Positions 16,581-26,865 of a DNA stretch of 64,000 nt are shown piece by piece; the first letter of the stretch is position 1, and the number at the start of each line of letters is the position of its first letter. A program made the translations under genes and the position numbers. The notes under the pieces were generated by a model. It was not told the DNA's origin, made no database searches, and worked only from the letters and a program-made list of their open reading frames with translations. The DNA is from Puniceicoccales bacterium (GTDB lineage: Bacteria > Verrucomicrobiota > Verrucomicrobiia > Opitutales > LL51): contig JAITBP010000010.1 of NCBI GenBank assembly GCA_031283585.1, forward strand, positions 11,565 through 75,564, written 5' to 3'.

Positions 16581-18875
16581 CTATTTGGTGCTATTCGGAT
16601 TTGGTGGAGGTTCATGCATACCTTCCAGTTTTGTTTTATATACATTGGTTCTATTATTCTTGGTTGGTGCATGTCTTAGTGGAACGCCACCCGGGGAAAG
16701 AATGTTCGCCGTAACAAAAATAAGGAGGTTCTTTTTTTGCGATGTTTCGCCTTTGGATCTAAAGAGCTTACCAACCAGTGGGATATCACCTAATATGGGA
16801 ATTTTATCATGGACTTCTTTGATCTCTTCTCTGGTCAATCCACCCATCACCACCGTAGCTCCATCAAACACTGTCACCTCGGTTTTTATTTCACGAGTTG
16901 AAAAAATTGGCTGAAGAAATCCCGAGGGGATATTGACAGTTGTGTCTCCGGAAATAGCTATGCTTCTGCCACCATATTCTATAAATTTTTCGAATTCCGT
17001 AACCCGAGGTTCTAGCCGCATGCTTATGCAATTGTTTTCCTCAACCACCGGTGTGACACTCATTTCAACTCCAAGGTTCCTTGTGGTAAAATCACTAGGT
17101 GTACCGGCCGTTATGGTAACACCAGCTGCACCTGTACCGGTGGCACTGGTCGTAGAACCCACATCAGAGGTTATTGCGCTATAGGTCCTTGGATAAATAA
17201 ATTCCTGGGCAACGGTTATTTTGGCTGTTTTACCTGATAATACAGTCAGTTTTGGAGCACTCATCAGATTTGATCCCGATTGTTGCTCCAGCGCCTTTAT
17301 CAGTAAATTTACCTTGACACTGTTATACACACCGGTGATCGCACCCATAGCACCTATTCCCATGCCTAGATTTACGCCACTTGGTGACGAAGGTAATGTG
17401 TTTGATATATCAGTTTTTTCTATGCGCGTTGTATTGGTTGCGCTATCGTTTACCCTTTGAACAATCGACCCCTCGCCACTGGCAGAATCCTGTAATCCAA
17501 AGGTACTGCCTAGGGATCTCAAGGCGTCCCTTGCCTTGGAGTCCTTTCCACCGGTTCTAAGATATTGCTCCTTGTGAGGCTTACCAAAGGACACTGTCCA
17601 GTTGAAATTTAACTCATCTAAAACACCCTGTTGAACCTCCAAAAATTTTGTTTCTATCTCAACCTGTTTGACCGAATTGTATTTCCTGAGTATTTCTGCA
17701 ACCCTTTTTATGTTTCTTGGTGTTTGAGTTACAATAAGTTGAGTTCCATCATAGGCGATATCACTGCCTTCTATTCCAACAAAATTTACACCAGCATGCT
17801 GGAGAAATTGCTTTATTAATTTTTCCTCCTTGGCAATTAGAGTGGTTTTTTGTTTTTGTTCTTTCGGAGCTTTTATTTCAATAGCCGGAGCTTCGGCAAA
17901 ATTTTTTGTCGATTTGTTAAATAAATTTTTATCTTTTTTAGGCCACATTTTTTTTGATTTTTTAGCATTTGCACTTCCAGCCTCGGTGGAAAAATCCAAC
18001 TGGTCATCCTGAAGCCCAGTCATTCTTATGATCGTCGACCTGGAGATGGTGAAAAATTTTGTTTCCAAATTATTTACCTTCGGGCTACCGGCCTGGGTCA
18101 GCATTATGGCATTATCTTCTATATCCAGTTGAAAATTGCTTGCTCTGGCTACAAAGTTAAGAACCTTGCCAAGGGACAATGCTCTTAGATTAAGACTAAT
18201 ACATGGATCGATTTCATTGGCCCTAATCAGTACTATGTTTACACCTTTGGTATCTTTGTTTTCATCCTTATCATATTGTTCTGACAATTCAATTATGGTT
18301 TCTATTACGTGGGACAACGGTGTTTTATTGAAAGAAATTTTTGGTATCACTATGCTTGATAGCTTTTTTATTATAGGATCGTCATCAATTTCGTATTCCG
18401 TGACAGGAATATCAGCCTCGATTATTTTTGGGGATTCCCAGGATTTATCAACGGTATTCATCATCTCGGTCTTTGATTCCAGGTAGTCCTTTTGAGCTAG
18501 CCTATCGAATGTACGCATATTTCTATTAATTAATGCCTTAAGATACAAAGCATCCTTGTTATCAGGTTCATATTCCAGAATAAGACTTACCAACCTAAAG
18601 GCCTCTTCATAGTCAGAATTAAAACAAAGTGACCTGGCCCTTATCAGGGTAAATTCTTTGCTACGCCGGTCCAATTTGTCATAATTTTTTCTTTTTCCAT
18701 CCATTGATTGTTCTGTTTTTTCATTTCCGGCATCATAGATATCTGTTTTTTGCTCAAAATCTGCTATCTTTGAACCCGATTCAACATCAGCGTGACTATG
18801 ATTTGTGAAAATTGTGTTACCTATAAAATAAAACCAATAGAACATGAAAATAAGAGAAACGGCGTTACAATACAT
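16581..18875 (-). CDS. second secretin-family outer-membrane channel with a TPR-like N-terminal region
   Basis: 764 aa. N-terminal TM/signal and a TPR-like helix pair (YEEAFRLVSLILEYEPDNKDALYLKALI). An N-domain follows (IVIPKISFNKTPLSHVIETIIELS..GVNIVL..ISLNLRALSLGKVLNFVA). The secretin core reads LMSAPKLTVLSGKTAKI..VVMGGL..IPILGDIPLVGKLFRSKGETSQKKNLLIFVTANIL. Confidence 0.85.
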   Translation of the reverse strand: MYCNAVSLIFMFYWFYFIGNTIFTNHSHADVESGSKIADFEQKTDIYDAGNEKTEQSMDGKRKNYDKLDRRSKEFTLIRARSLCFNSDYEEAFRLVSLILEYEPDNKDALYLKALINRNMRTFDRLAQKDYLESKTEMMNTVDKSWESPKIIEADIPVTEYEIDDDPIIKKLSSIVIPKISFNKTPLSHVIETIIELSEQYDKDENKDTKGVNIVLIRANEIDPCISLNLRALSLGKVLNFVARASNFQLDIEDNAIMLTQAGSPKVNNLETKFFTISRSTIIRMTGLQDDQLDFSTEAGSANAKKSKKMWPKKDKNLFNKSTKNFAEAPAIEIKAPKEQKQKTTLIAKEEKLIKQFLQHAGVNFVGIEGSDIAYDGTQLIVTQTPRNIKRVAEILRKYNSVKQVEIETKFLEVQQGVLDELNFNWTVSFGKPHKEQYLRTGGKDSKARDALRSLGSTFGLQDSASGEGSIVQRVNDSATNTTRIEKTDISNTLPSSPSGVNLGMGIGAMGAITGVYNSVKVNLLIKALEQQSGSNLMSAPKLTVLSGKTAKITVAQEFIYPRTYSAITSDVGSTTSATGTGAAGVTITAGTPSDFTTRNLGVEMSVTPVVEENNCISMRLEPRVTEFEKFIEYGGRSIAISGDTTVNIPSGFLQPIFSTREIKTEVTVFDGATVVMGGLTREEIKEVHDKIPILGDIPLVGKLFRSKGETSQKKNLLIFVTANILSPGGVPLRHAPTKNNRTNVYKTKLEGMHEPPPNPNSTK

Positions 18876-18972
18876 CCAGGGCTCCTAGCAACACGTTTTT
18901 TATTATATATCTTCTTACATTATAGTCAATAACTTGTAGCACACGTTAACGGTACAACAAATTCCAGGTGCT

Positions 18973-19917
18973 TCACAAACAGGTTACGACTTTCATAAAA
19001 ATATTTTTACCTAATACGGCTGTTATTATAGAGGCTATGCCTTCCAGTTCTGCGTCGGTGTTGAAGTTTACCAAACATGCACTGCCAGAGCCTGTAAAAG
19101 ACATATCAAACCCGTTATCCGCGAGGGTGTTTTTAAGTTTCGCCAGTGTTGGATAATGACCAAATACCACAGCATTGAAATCATTGTAAATTAAAATTCT
19201 TTTCCCCTGCTCCAGACAGATTAGGAATTCTGTCATTAGTTCGTTGGAGACCTGCTTATCAGTATAATCTCCAGATAGTTGACCGTAGGCCCAGGCCGTA
19301 GAGATATCGATGTTCGGTTTAAAAAGTACAAATTTCAGCCTGTGGATTTTGTCGACATATTTGGAATCTAGATCGGTTAGGATATCACCTCGACCAGATA
19401 CCAATTGGGGAGTTTTTTTCGAAAAAAATGGGCAATCTGAACCTATTTTGGCCAGGTAAGCCAGGAGAGTCTTGGTATCCATGGTATGTCCCATGGCCTT
19501 TAGCAATGACAGAAACACGCAGGCTCCATTGCTACTTCCTCCGCCTAGCCCTGCACAGCCGGGTATTTTTTTATGGATGTGAATATTAACGCTTCCTTTA
19601 AACCCGGATACACTGCGTATAATATTTACGGCTCTGGCCATACTGTTGGTTTCATCCAATGGTATTTTGTAAATACCAGAGGATGAAATACTGCATCCAC
19701 CCAAATTGTCCTGGTCTAATTTCAACAGAATTCTATCATAGAGATTTATCCTAGAAAACAGGCTATATAACTCATGGAATCCATCTTCTCTTTTTCCAGT
19801 AATTGCCAGAAAAAGGTTGATCTTTGCAGGTGAAAATATATCCATCGACAGCTGGCTAATTTCCATTACCGCTATGTTAATAGACGAACTCCGTGAAATA
19901 TCAAATGTTAAAAGCAT
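18973..19917 (-). CDS. ispE: 4-diphosphocytidyl-2-C-methyl-D-erythritol kinase
   Basis: Motifs PAKINLFLAITGKREDGFHEL and GHMP motif KKIPGCAGLGGGSSNGA. The likely true start is MDIFSPAKIN at about 19845, which removes the 5' overlap with murD. Confidence 0.85.
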   Translation of the reverse strand: MLLTFDISRSSSINIAVMEISQLSMDIFSPAKINLFLAITGKREDGFHELYSLFSRINLYDRILLKLDQDNLGGCSISSSGIYKIPLDETNSMARAVNIIRSVSGFKGSVNIHIHKKIPGCAGLGGGSSNGACVFLSLLKAMGHTMDTKTLLAYLAKIGSDCPFFSKKTPQLVSGRGDILTDLDSKYVDKIHRLKFVLFKPNIDISTAWAYGQLSGDYTDKQVSNELMTEFLICLEQGKRILIYNDFNAVVFGHYPTLAKLKNTLADNGFDMSFTGSGSACLVNFNTDAELEGIASIITAVLGKNIFMKVVTCL

Positions 19918-21148
19918 TGGAATATTTGGCGCCGGAATAAGCGGAATTGCCGCATATAATCTGCTGCAATCAATGAAATTAAACTGTATCGTCTATGATG
20001 AATTCAATGAAGCCTATGCTGGGTTTACCCAGGCCGATGTAAAAAAACATCATGTCATAATCTGTAGTCCGAGTTTCATGCCAGGCCATGAATGGGTAGA
20101 TCTGGCCAGAAAGCATTCCATAAAGTGTATCCCAGAACTTGATCTCGCCTATGCAGCTATGATAAAAGGTTACCAGGGCAAAATCATTGCTGTCACAGGT
20201 ACCAATGGGAAAACAACCACGGTGGAATTTTTGACATTTATACTGAAAAATGCTGGCTATAGAGCCATAGCCTGTGGTAACATTGGCCGCCCATTGGCAG
20301 ATGTGGTCCTATCCGAAGATATTGTGGATAATGATTACCTGATATGCGAAGTCAGCTCTTTCCAGGCATCGATGCTTTCTCTTTTTTCACCGGACGTTTT
20401 GCTGTGGACAAATTTTTACCCAAACCATTTGAATAAACACAGGACGATGGAGGAATACTTTAATTGTAAGTCAAACTTATTAAAGACCTTACGATCTGAC
20501 CAATTCTTCTGCGGTCAAAGCGTAACCGAGGTTGCTAGAAAAAACAACATAAACAGCAAAAAATTCAGCCAGGCAATCGAGTGTATCTACAGCGATGAAT
20601 ACGAATCTATGGTCACAGGTACATCCATGGCCCTGGCAACAAATAGGGAAAATTTCGCAATTTCAGCAAGGTTCTGTGACAGAAACAACATACCACTTAC
20701 AAAACAGCTCATAGAAAAGTTCAAGCCGCCAAAATATAGATTGGAATTTGTGTGCAAAAAATATGGTAAATTTTTTTGGAATGATTCGAAATCTACCACA
20801 TTTTCATCCCTTAGAGCAGCCCTTAACAACTTCAATCATAAGGTAATATGGATTGGTGGCGGCAGATCTAAAGGCGAAACCATGGAAGATCTATTGCCCA
20901 TTATTCGCCATAGAATCGAATATGCGCTGCTCATCGGTGAAACCGGCAGTCCACTGGGTGAACTCTTACATCAAAACCACATACCCTATAAATACACCCA
21001 TAGCATTGAATGCGCAATAAGGGAATCCGTACAATTAGTGTCTGATACTGTTTTATTTAGCCCCGCTTTCACCAGTTTCGATCAATTTAAAGATTATAAA
21101 GAAAGAGGTAAATTTTTCGAAAAATGCATTTTCAGTTTGAAAATTTAA
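19817..21148 (+). CDS. murD: UDP-N-acetylmuramoylalanine--D-glutamate ligase
   Basis: Motifs GIFGAGISG (Rossmann-like N-terminus) and AVTGTNGKTTTVEF (Mur ligase P-loop). The likely true start is M at about 19874. Confidence 0.85.
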   Translation: MIFAGENISIDSWLISITAMLIDELREISNVKSIGIFGAGISGIAAYNLLQSMKLNCIVYDEFNEAYAGFTQADVKKHHVIICSPSFMPGHEWVDLARKHSIKCIPELDLAYAAMIKGYQGKIIAVTGTNGKTTTVEFLTFILKNAGYRAIACGNIGRPLADVVLSEDIVDNDYLICEVSSFQASMLSLFSPDVLLWTNFYPNHLNKHRTMEEYFNCKSNLLKTLRSDQFFCGQSVTEVARKNNINSKKFSQAIECIYSDEYESMVTGTSMALATNRENFAISARFCDRNNIPLTKQLIEKFKPPKYRLEFVCKKYGKFFWNDSKSTTFSSLRAALNNFNHKVIWIGGGRSKGETMEDLLPIIRHRIEYALLIGETGSPLGELLHQNHIPYKYTHSIECAIRESVQLVSDTVLFSPAFTSFDQFKDYKERGKFFEKCIFSLKI

Positions 21149-21191
21149 TACAGTATGCATGTAGTTTAATTGTGGGTTGTAACTCAATGGG

Positions 21192-22190
21192 ATGAAGATA
21201 AAATTTAATATGAAATTGGTAAAATTTTTTTATAAGCTGCTGTTTTGTGGCATAGGGTTAAGTTGTTTTGCATTGGTCGGATGTAGTACTATTTTCCACA
21301 AGGACGATGGGCCGACCCCCGGCGATACGGTGGTAAAAATTGATGACCTTCAATCGGATGAGGCTCCCATGGTTGCCCTATCGCCCAGGCCTCGACACAT
21401 CCCAAATCGACCGGTTGTAGTTCCAGAACTAATTGACATTGATGTCGATATTACAAAGGATGTGGTGGTGGCTGATAGGCCGAAATCCGGCAGTGACTAT
21501 GTGGTAAAAAAAGGCGATACCATATGGAAACTTTCACGCAGATTTGGTCTGAAGGTTGGTGATATATTAAGTGCTAACAGCCTGGATAAAAACGATAAAA
21601 TACTTGTGGGACAAAAAATCTTCCTGCCGAACATCTCCGAGGATGCTGTCAAAAGTGTGGCTTCTAGTGACAAATACACCATCCAATCCGGGGATACACT
21701 GTCTAAAATAGCCAGTAAATACGGGGTGACCGTCGCTGCCATAAAATCAGCCAATGATATGACCAGTGATCGAATAATAGCAGGTAGAACCATAGTCATA
21801 CCAAGTGGCAATAGAAATTTTTCTAATCCGAGTTCGATGGCGGCCAATACACACTCCATCCCTCTTGGTGAATACGTTGTTAAACCCGGAGATACCCTGG
21901 CAGCCATAGCCAAACGATCCGGCATCAGTGTCTCTAATCTACAGCAGGCAAATAGCCTAGGTGACCCATCCAGGTTACAGGTTGGTAAAAAATTAATTAT
22001 AGCGAAACCATCACCTAACACTGCCATCGATGCGTCCATCACCGAAGGCCCTGGTGTTTCCAAAGTTGCCAGCGTGCAAAATGAACACCTCAGCAATAGC
22101 AAAGCCAAATCTTCCAATTACGACTTCATGAATGATTCTGATTTTTTCCAGGGAATAGATAATATACCCATAGTACAGATAAGTGAATAG
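21192..22190 (+). CDS. lipoprotein with three LysM peptidoglycan-binding repeats
   Basis: Lipobox LVGCST. The three LysM units are YVVKKGDTIWKLSRRFGL.., YTIQSGDTLSKIASKYGV.. and YVVKPGDTLAAIAKRSGI... No M23 or amidase catalytic motif was seen. Confidence 0.8.
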   Translation: MKIKFNMKLVKFFYKLLFCGIGLSCFALVGCSTIFHKDDGPTPGDTVVKIDDLQSDEAPMVALSPRPRHIPNRPVVVPELIDIDVDITKDVVVADRPKSGSDYVVKKGDTIWKLSRRFGLKVGDILSANSLDKNDKILVGQKIFLPNISEDAVKSVASSDKYTIQSGDTLSKIASKYGVTVAAIKSANDMTSDRIIAGRTIVIPSGNRNFSNPSSMAANTHSIPLGEYVVKPGDTLAAIAKRSGISVSNLQQANSLGDPSRLQVGKKLIIAKPSPNTAIDASITEGPGVSKVASVQNEHLSNSKAKSSNYDFMNDSDFFQGIDNIPIVQISE

Positions 22191-23316
22191 CAGTAACTAT
22201 AAGCAATATAGGGACTTTTTTAAAAACAGTTGGATTGGGGTTTGCCCCCTGGTGGTTGTTTTTTTGCTAACCGGCCTAGGGCTATTGGCACTTTCAAGTG
22301 CTTCATTTTCAATGTCAGATAAACTACTAACCAGACAGTTTATTTGGCTAATTATTTCGGTGATTTCGGCGATGATCTTTGCGTTCATCCCGCTGGAATT
22401 ACTGCATAGGCTGCGGAATCCGGTCACATATGTCATGTTTGTCGCCCTAATCCTTGTACTAATCCCTCCCATTGGCCATGTGGTAAATGGGTCGCGACGA
22501 TGGATAAAAATTGGAAGTATCGGGATCCAGGTCTCAGAGTTCGCTAAAATCGCCATTATAATCTGGTTGTCCGCCTATATATCAAAACATATCCATTTGA
22601 TTGATAACCTATTGTACGGTTTTGGCTATCCGATGATAATCACCTGTATCTTTTCCACCTTGATATTACTTGAACCGGACTATGGCACGGCGTTTCTATT
22701 CATCTCTGTTGCAATTACGTTACTGTTTTTATCCGGAGCAAAAATTGTATACCTGTTATATACGGTGATTTTTGGTGGAATTATTTTCTCCATTTTGATA
22801 TGGTTAAACCCGGTTCGATTGAAAAGGATAATGTCTTTTTTAGATATCGAAGGCAATAAATCCGATGGCTCTTATCAACTCTGGCAGGGCATGTTGAGCT
22901 TTGCTGCCGGAGGTATATTTGGTGAAGGTATCGGTCTGGGTAGGCAGAAAATATCCTATCTGCCAGAAGCACATACAGATTTTATCCTGGCCGTGATTGG
23001 CGAAGAAATGGGGTTCATTCTCACAGGATTTATCATGTTTTTATTTTTCCTGTTTGCCATCAGCTGCCTATTGATTTTACGGCAACAGAGTTCCCTGTAT
23101 CCCAGGCTGCTCGGCTATGGCGCGACATTGATGATAACCTACCAGGCAATTATGAACATGTGTGTCGTAACCGGCTGCATGCCAACAAAAGGCATATCGC
23201 TGCCATTTATAAGCTATGGCGGATCTAACCTGTTATTGCTCTACTCTTTGGTTGGGATAATTTTCAATTGCATGAGATATGATAAGCCTATTTTAGAAGA
23301 TACTTCAACCCAGTGA
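22183..23316 (+). CDS. ftsW: SEDS-family peptidoglycan glycosyltransferase (FtsW/RodA)
   Basis: 377 aa and polytopic. Motifs QVSEFAKIAIIIW, TDFILAVIGEEMGF and GISLPFISYGGSNLL. It follows murD in a dcw-like context. Confidence 0.85.
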   Translation: MNSSNYKQYRDFFKNSWIGVCPLVVVFLLTGLGLLALSSASFSMSDKLLTRQFIWLIISVISAMIFAFIPLELLHRLRNPVTYVMFVALILVLIPPIGHVVNGSRRWIKIGSIGIQVSEFAKIAIIIWLSAYISKHIHLIDNLLYGFGYPMIITCIFSTLILLEPDYGTAFLFISVAITLLFLSGAKIVYLLYTVIFGGIIFSILIWLNPVRLKRIMSFLDIEGNKSDGSYQLWQGMLSFAAGGIFGEGIGLGRQKISYLPEAHTDFILAVIGEEMGFILTGFIMFLFFLFAISCLLILRQQSSLYPRLLGYGATLMITYQAIMNMCVVTGCMPTKGISLPFISYGGSNLLLLYSLVGIIFNCMRYDKPILEDTSTQ

Positions 23317-25447
23317 TTCTTTCGGTAGATTTATTGTTTTTGACCGCCAGATAATAGGATTTTGGATCTCCAACCAGGAAAACTTTACTCCGGCCGCGGG
23401 TTATGGCCGTGTATACCAAATTCCTTTGCAACATGACGTAGTGCTGATTCATCAGCGGTAATATAACTATGGGAAACTCGCTTCCCTGGGATTTATGTAT
23501 TGTGATGGCATAGGCCAGGGCAATGTCACCGAGGTCCGACCTTTTAAGCTCAACGTTCTCGCCGTTAAAATTCACGGTCATCAAGCCTTCCAGGCTATCC
23601 ATAGAAATTATCCGGCCCAGATCACCGTTAAAGATATTTTTGTCATAGTTGTTCCTGAGCTGGATAACCTTATCTCCAAGCCTGAAATTATTCCATGAAG
23701 TTTTCGACGCAGCATGACTAAAGGTTTCCTGTAAAATTTCATTAAAATTGATAACCCCAACGCTACCCTTGTGTAATGGGACCAACACCTGTACGTCGTC
23801 CACCGGATCAATGCCATACCATTCATGTAATAGATCCTTACATAGAATTTTTACAATTTCTATACATTCCTCCGGAGTGGTTGCGAGAATAAAACTGAAG
23901 TCTCTATTTTTATCGACATCATAGACGGTTTTAGTAACCACCGGTAATCCCTGATTGCCAGAAATTATGCTGTGTGCCATCGACACGATATCGCTCCGAT
24001 TATCCTGGCGAAATACGTTTTTCAACCTCGTGACCGAAAACATGTTGGAATCTATGCAATCCCATAAAACATTACCAGCACCCACCGACGGCAACTGGTC
24101 CACATCGCCGACTAACAGTACGCTGGTTCTGGTATTTAGTGCACGAAATAATGCGGCAGCCAGCTTTGTATCAAGCATACTGGCTTCATCAATTACCACA
24201 AAATCTGCATCCAATGGCATGGTTTCATCGTGCAAAAACCTGTGGCCATCGGGTGTAAATTGCAACAATCGATGAATGGTTTTGGCAGGAACTCCGGTCA
24301 TTTCACCTAGTCGTTGAGCGGCGCGTCCCGTGGGCGAAGCCAACAAAACCTTTGCATCTTTTGCAGACAAGATGCTCACAAGTGCACGCAAAATCGTTGT
24401 TTTGCCGGTGCCTGGCCCACCGGTTATTATGGACAATTTGCTGGTCAATGAGGTTTTCAGTGCATCAACCTGTTCCTTTGCAAAAACAAATCCTTCTCGG
24501 TTTTGTGCCCAGAGGATTGCGCCGTCGATGTCTATGCTAGGCAAGGACCTATCAATTGATTTTGAGATTCTACGGAGGCTGTTCGCAATGGTTTCTTCGG
24601 CAATTTTTAGAGCCGGTAACTGCAGCAGCCCACCTTCCAGCACAAAAATGCTTCCAATCTGGATGAGAAAATTCAATTGATCGTCAATTTTATCTTCGGG
24701 AATTTCCAACAAAGCCCTGGCGGTTTTAAGCAGCATTTCCCGGCTAACACAGGTATGGCCAGCTGTCTCGAAGTTATTGAAACAAAAACAGATACAAGCT
24801 TCTATCCGGGAATGATGGTTGCTTGGCACACCCAGGTTAGCCGCAATCCTGTCGGCGGTCTTAAACCCAATGCCCGGCACTTCGTTGGCAACCCTATAGG
24901 GATCGGTCTCCAGTATGGTTTTTGCCTTGTCACCATAGGTCTTATAAATCCTAAGGCATACGGAATTCGACAGTCCATAGGTTTGCAAAAAAATCAATAT
25001 ATCACGTATAGCAACCTGCTCATCCCAAGCGCGTTTTATGCTCTTGGCCCGCATTGGACCAACCCCAGGGACCTCTCTCAATCGTGCCGACTCCGACGAT
25101 ATGATCTCGAAGGTCCTGGCACCAAATTTGTCAACAATTTTGTCCGCATATATCTTACCTATACCAGCAATTAACCCACTTCCAAGGTATTTGCGAATGC
25201 CACGGACATCGGCCGGCAGGGAAGATACAAACGACTGGATTAAAAATTGCCGACCATATTTCGAATGTTCATCCCAATGGCCACTAAGTATCAACGTCTC
25301 ACCACAGTTAACGCCTGGCAAATTTCCACGGGCCATAAAGGGCTTTTTCGTTGTTACAAATGTCAGTTCCGCAATGGAAAAAAACGACTCCTCGTTTCTG
25401 AAAAGGAAACGCTCAAGCACAGCACTTATGTTTTCACAGGACTCCAC
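23288..25447 (-). CDS. recD2: RecD2-type SF1B ATP-dependent DNA helicase
   Basis: 719 aa. HhH region, Walker A GGPGTGKTT, Walker B VVIDEASMLD, VGDVDQLPSVG and a C-terminal TIHKSQGSEF. Confidence 0.9.
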   Translation of the reverse strand: MESCENISAVLERFLFRNEESFFSIAELTFVTTKKPFMARGNLPGVNCGETLILSGHWDEHSKYGRQFLIQSFVSSLPADVRGIRKYLGSGLIAGIGKIYADKIVDKFGARTFEIISSESARLREVPGVGPMRAKSIKRAWDEQVAIRDILIFLQTYGLSNSVCLRIYKTYGDKAKTILETDPYRVANEVPGIGFKTADRIAANLGVPSNHHSRIEACICFCFNNFETAGHTCVSREMLLKTARALLEIPEDKIDDQLNFLIQIGSIFVLEGGLLQLPALKIAEETIANSLRRISKSIDRSLPSIDIDGAILWAQNREGFVFAKEQVDALKTSLTSKLSIITGGPGTGKTTILRALVSILSAKDAKVLLASPTGRAAQRLGEMTGVPAKTIHRLLQFTPDGHRFLHDETMPLDADFVVIDEASMLDTKLAAALFRALNTRTSVLLVGDVDQLPSVGAGNVLWDCIDSNMFSVTRLKNVFRQDNRSDIVSMAHSIISGNQGLPVVTKTVYDVDKNRDFSFILATTPEECIEIVKILCKDLLHEWYGIDPVDDVQVLVPLHKGSVGVINFNEILQETFSHAASKTSWNNFRLGDKVIQLRNNYDKNIFNGDLGRIISMDSLEGLMTVNFNGENVELKRSDLGDIALAYAITIHKSQGSEFPIVILPLMNQHYVMLQRNLVYTAITRGRSKVFLVGDPKSYYLAVKNNKSTERITGLKYLLK

Positions 25448-25497
25448 CCAAAGGACTCATTATCAACACCGATCAAATATTCAAGTCCTAAAGTGCG

Positions 25498-26865
25498 GTG
25501 ACTAAGCTGCATATTTATGTTGAAACCAAAGATTCCTGTCAATATACAGTCAGATGGATGTCTAAGAAAGTTTGTCTCCTGTCATTTGGTTGCCGTTTGA
25601 ATCAATCAGAAATTGTAACCCTGGGTGAACAATTGGAAGACCTTGGTATGCAAATATCCAGGCAAATAACCAGTGATATGGATCTCCTAATTATCAACAC
25701 CTGCGCCGTCACAAACCAGGCCACATCGAAATGCCTGCAGAACATAAGGTCGATGGTTTTAAAATTTCCGATGGCTAGGGTGATTGTAACTGGTTGCTAC
25801 ACAACTATTGGAAGAGATATTTTGGCCAAAATGACCGGCATCGATCTCATCGTAACAAATTCACAAAAAAATACCATCGCCGGCCATGCCTTGGAAATAA
25901 TTTCAAAGCCAAAAAATAAAGTACCAATTCTAATAGAAGAACCTGGCAATGAGAACACTGGATATTTTTCGCAGAAAATACCCAGGGCAAGTTATAATAA
26001 AAGATACAACTTAAAAATACAGGATGGATGCGACTTTTTCTGTTCCTACTGCGTCATCCCATTCACCCGAGGTCATCCTAGAAGTAGAGATTTCAAAAAC
26101 ATTTTGGACGATGTCAAAGCCCATGCCGACATAGGCGTGAAAGAAGTAATAATAACCGGCGTCAACATAGGTAGCTACGAAAATCACAGCAGGAAACTTT
26201 TTGATGTGATCGATTCAATAAACCATATGGATGGCATCGAAAGAATCCGGATCAGCAGCATAGAATTCAAAACCATCGATGATAAAATTTTAGAAAAAAT
26301 GGCTGATAAAAACCACAAGTTGGCTGCCTATTTACATATACCAATGCAATCCGCATCAAATTCAATTCTAGCCGCAATGAAACGGCGGTACTTCATTGAA
26401 GATTTTTTTACATATATACAAAAAATATCAAAATTTATACCAACCATTGGCCTGGGCACAGACATCATGGTCGGATTTCCTGGTGAATCCGAAAAAGATT
26501 TCATGGAATCGGTAAATTTTTTAAAAACCTCACCGATCCAATATGCTCATATATTTACGTTTTCGCCAAGACCTGGCACTCCAGCGGCCGCAAGTAAAGA
26601 TTTTATAACAGAACAAGAAAAGATATATCGAAGCAAATTCCTAAGACAGATAAGCCGAGACAAAAGAAGCGAATTTTATGACCATAACGTGGGACAGATT
26701 GTGGATGTGCTATTCGAAGATGAACATCAGGGAAAATTTCCTGGCTATAGTGAAAACTACATAAAAGTGGTTACCGATTGTGCCCAGAACATAAGCAATC
26801 AAATCAGGAAGGTAAAAATAGTCAAAAATGAACAAACCCATGTGCTGGGAAAATTAATTTTTTGA
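25498..26865 (+). CDS. mtaB: MiaB/MtaB-family radical-SAM tRNA methylthiotransferase
   Basis: MTTase N-domain SFGCRLNQSE and radical-SAM motif CDFFCSYC. The likely start is ATG 25558 (MSKKVCLLSFGC). Confidence 0.8.
   Translation: MTKLHIYVETKDSCQYTVRWMSKKVCLLSFGCRLNQSEIVTLGEQLEDLGMQISRQITSDMDLLIINTCAVTNQATSKCLQNIRSMVLKFPMARVIVTGCYTTIGRDILAKMTGIDLIVTNSQKNTIAGHALEIISKPKNKVPILIEEPGNENTGYFSQKIPRASYNKRYNLKIQDGCDFFCSYCVIPFTRGHPRSRDFKNILDDVKAHADIGVKEVIITGVNIGSYENHSRKLFDVIDSINHMDGIERIRISSIEFKTIDDKILEKMADKNHKLAAYLHIPMQSASNSILAAMKRRYFIEDFFTYIQKISKFIPTIGLGTDIMVGFPGESEKDFMESVNFLKTSPIQYAHIFTFSPRPGTPAAASKDFITEQEKIYRSKFLRQISRDKRSEFYDHNVGQIVDVLFEDEHQGKFPGYSENYIKVVTDCAQNISNQIRKVKIVKNEQTHVLGKLIF

Noticed and set aside
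16581-18875. Interpreting the second secretin as the T3SS secretin SctC because a CesT-like gene is nearby
   Set aside because: The N-terminal TPR-like region and N-domain pattern match PVC-type T2SS/T4P secretins better. No other T3SS apparatus gene is in the window.
19817-19917. 101-bp 5' overlap of divergent ispE and murD
   Set aside because: This is an artefact of longest-ORF calling. The conserved domains begin at internal Met codons (about 19845 for ispE, about 19874 for murD), which leaves a short divergent spacer.
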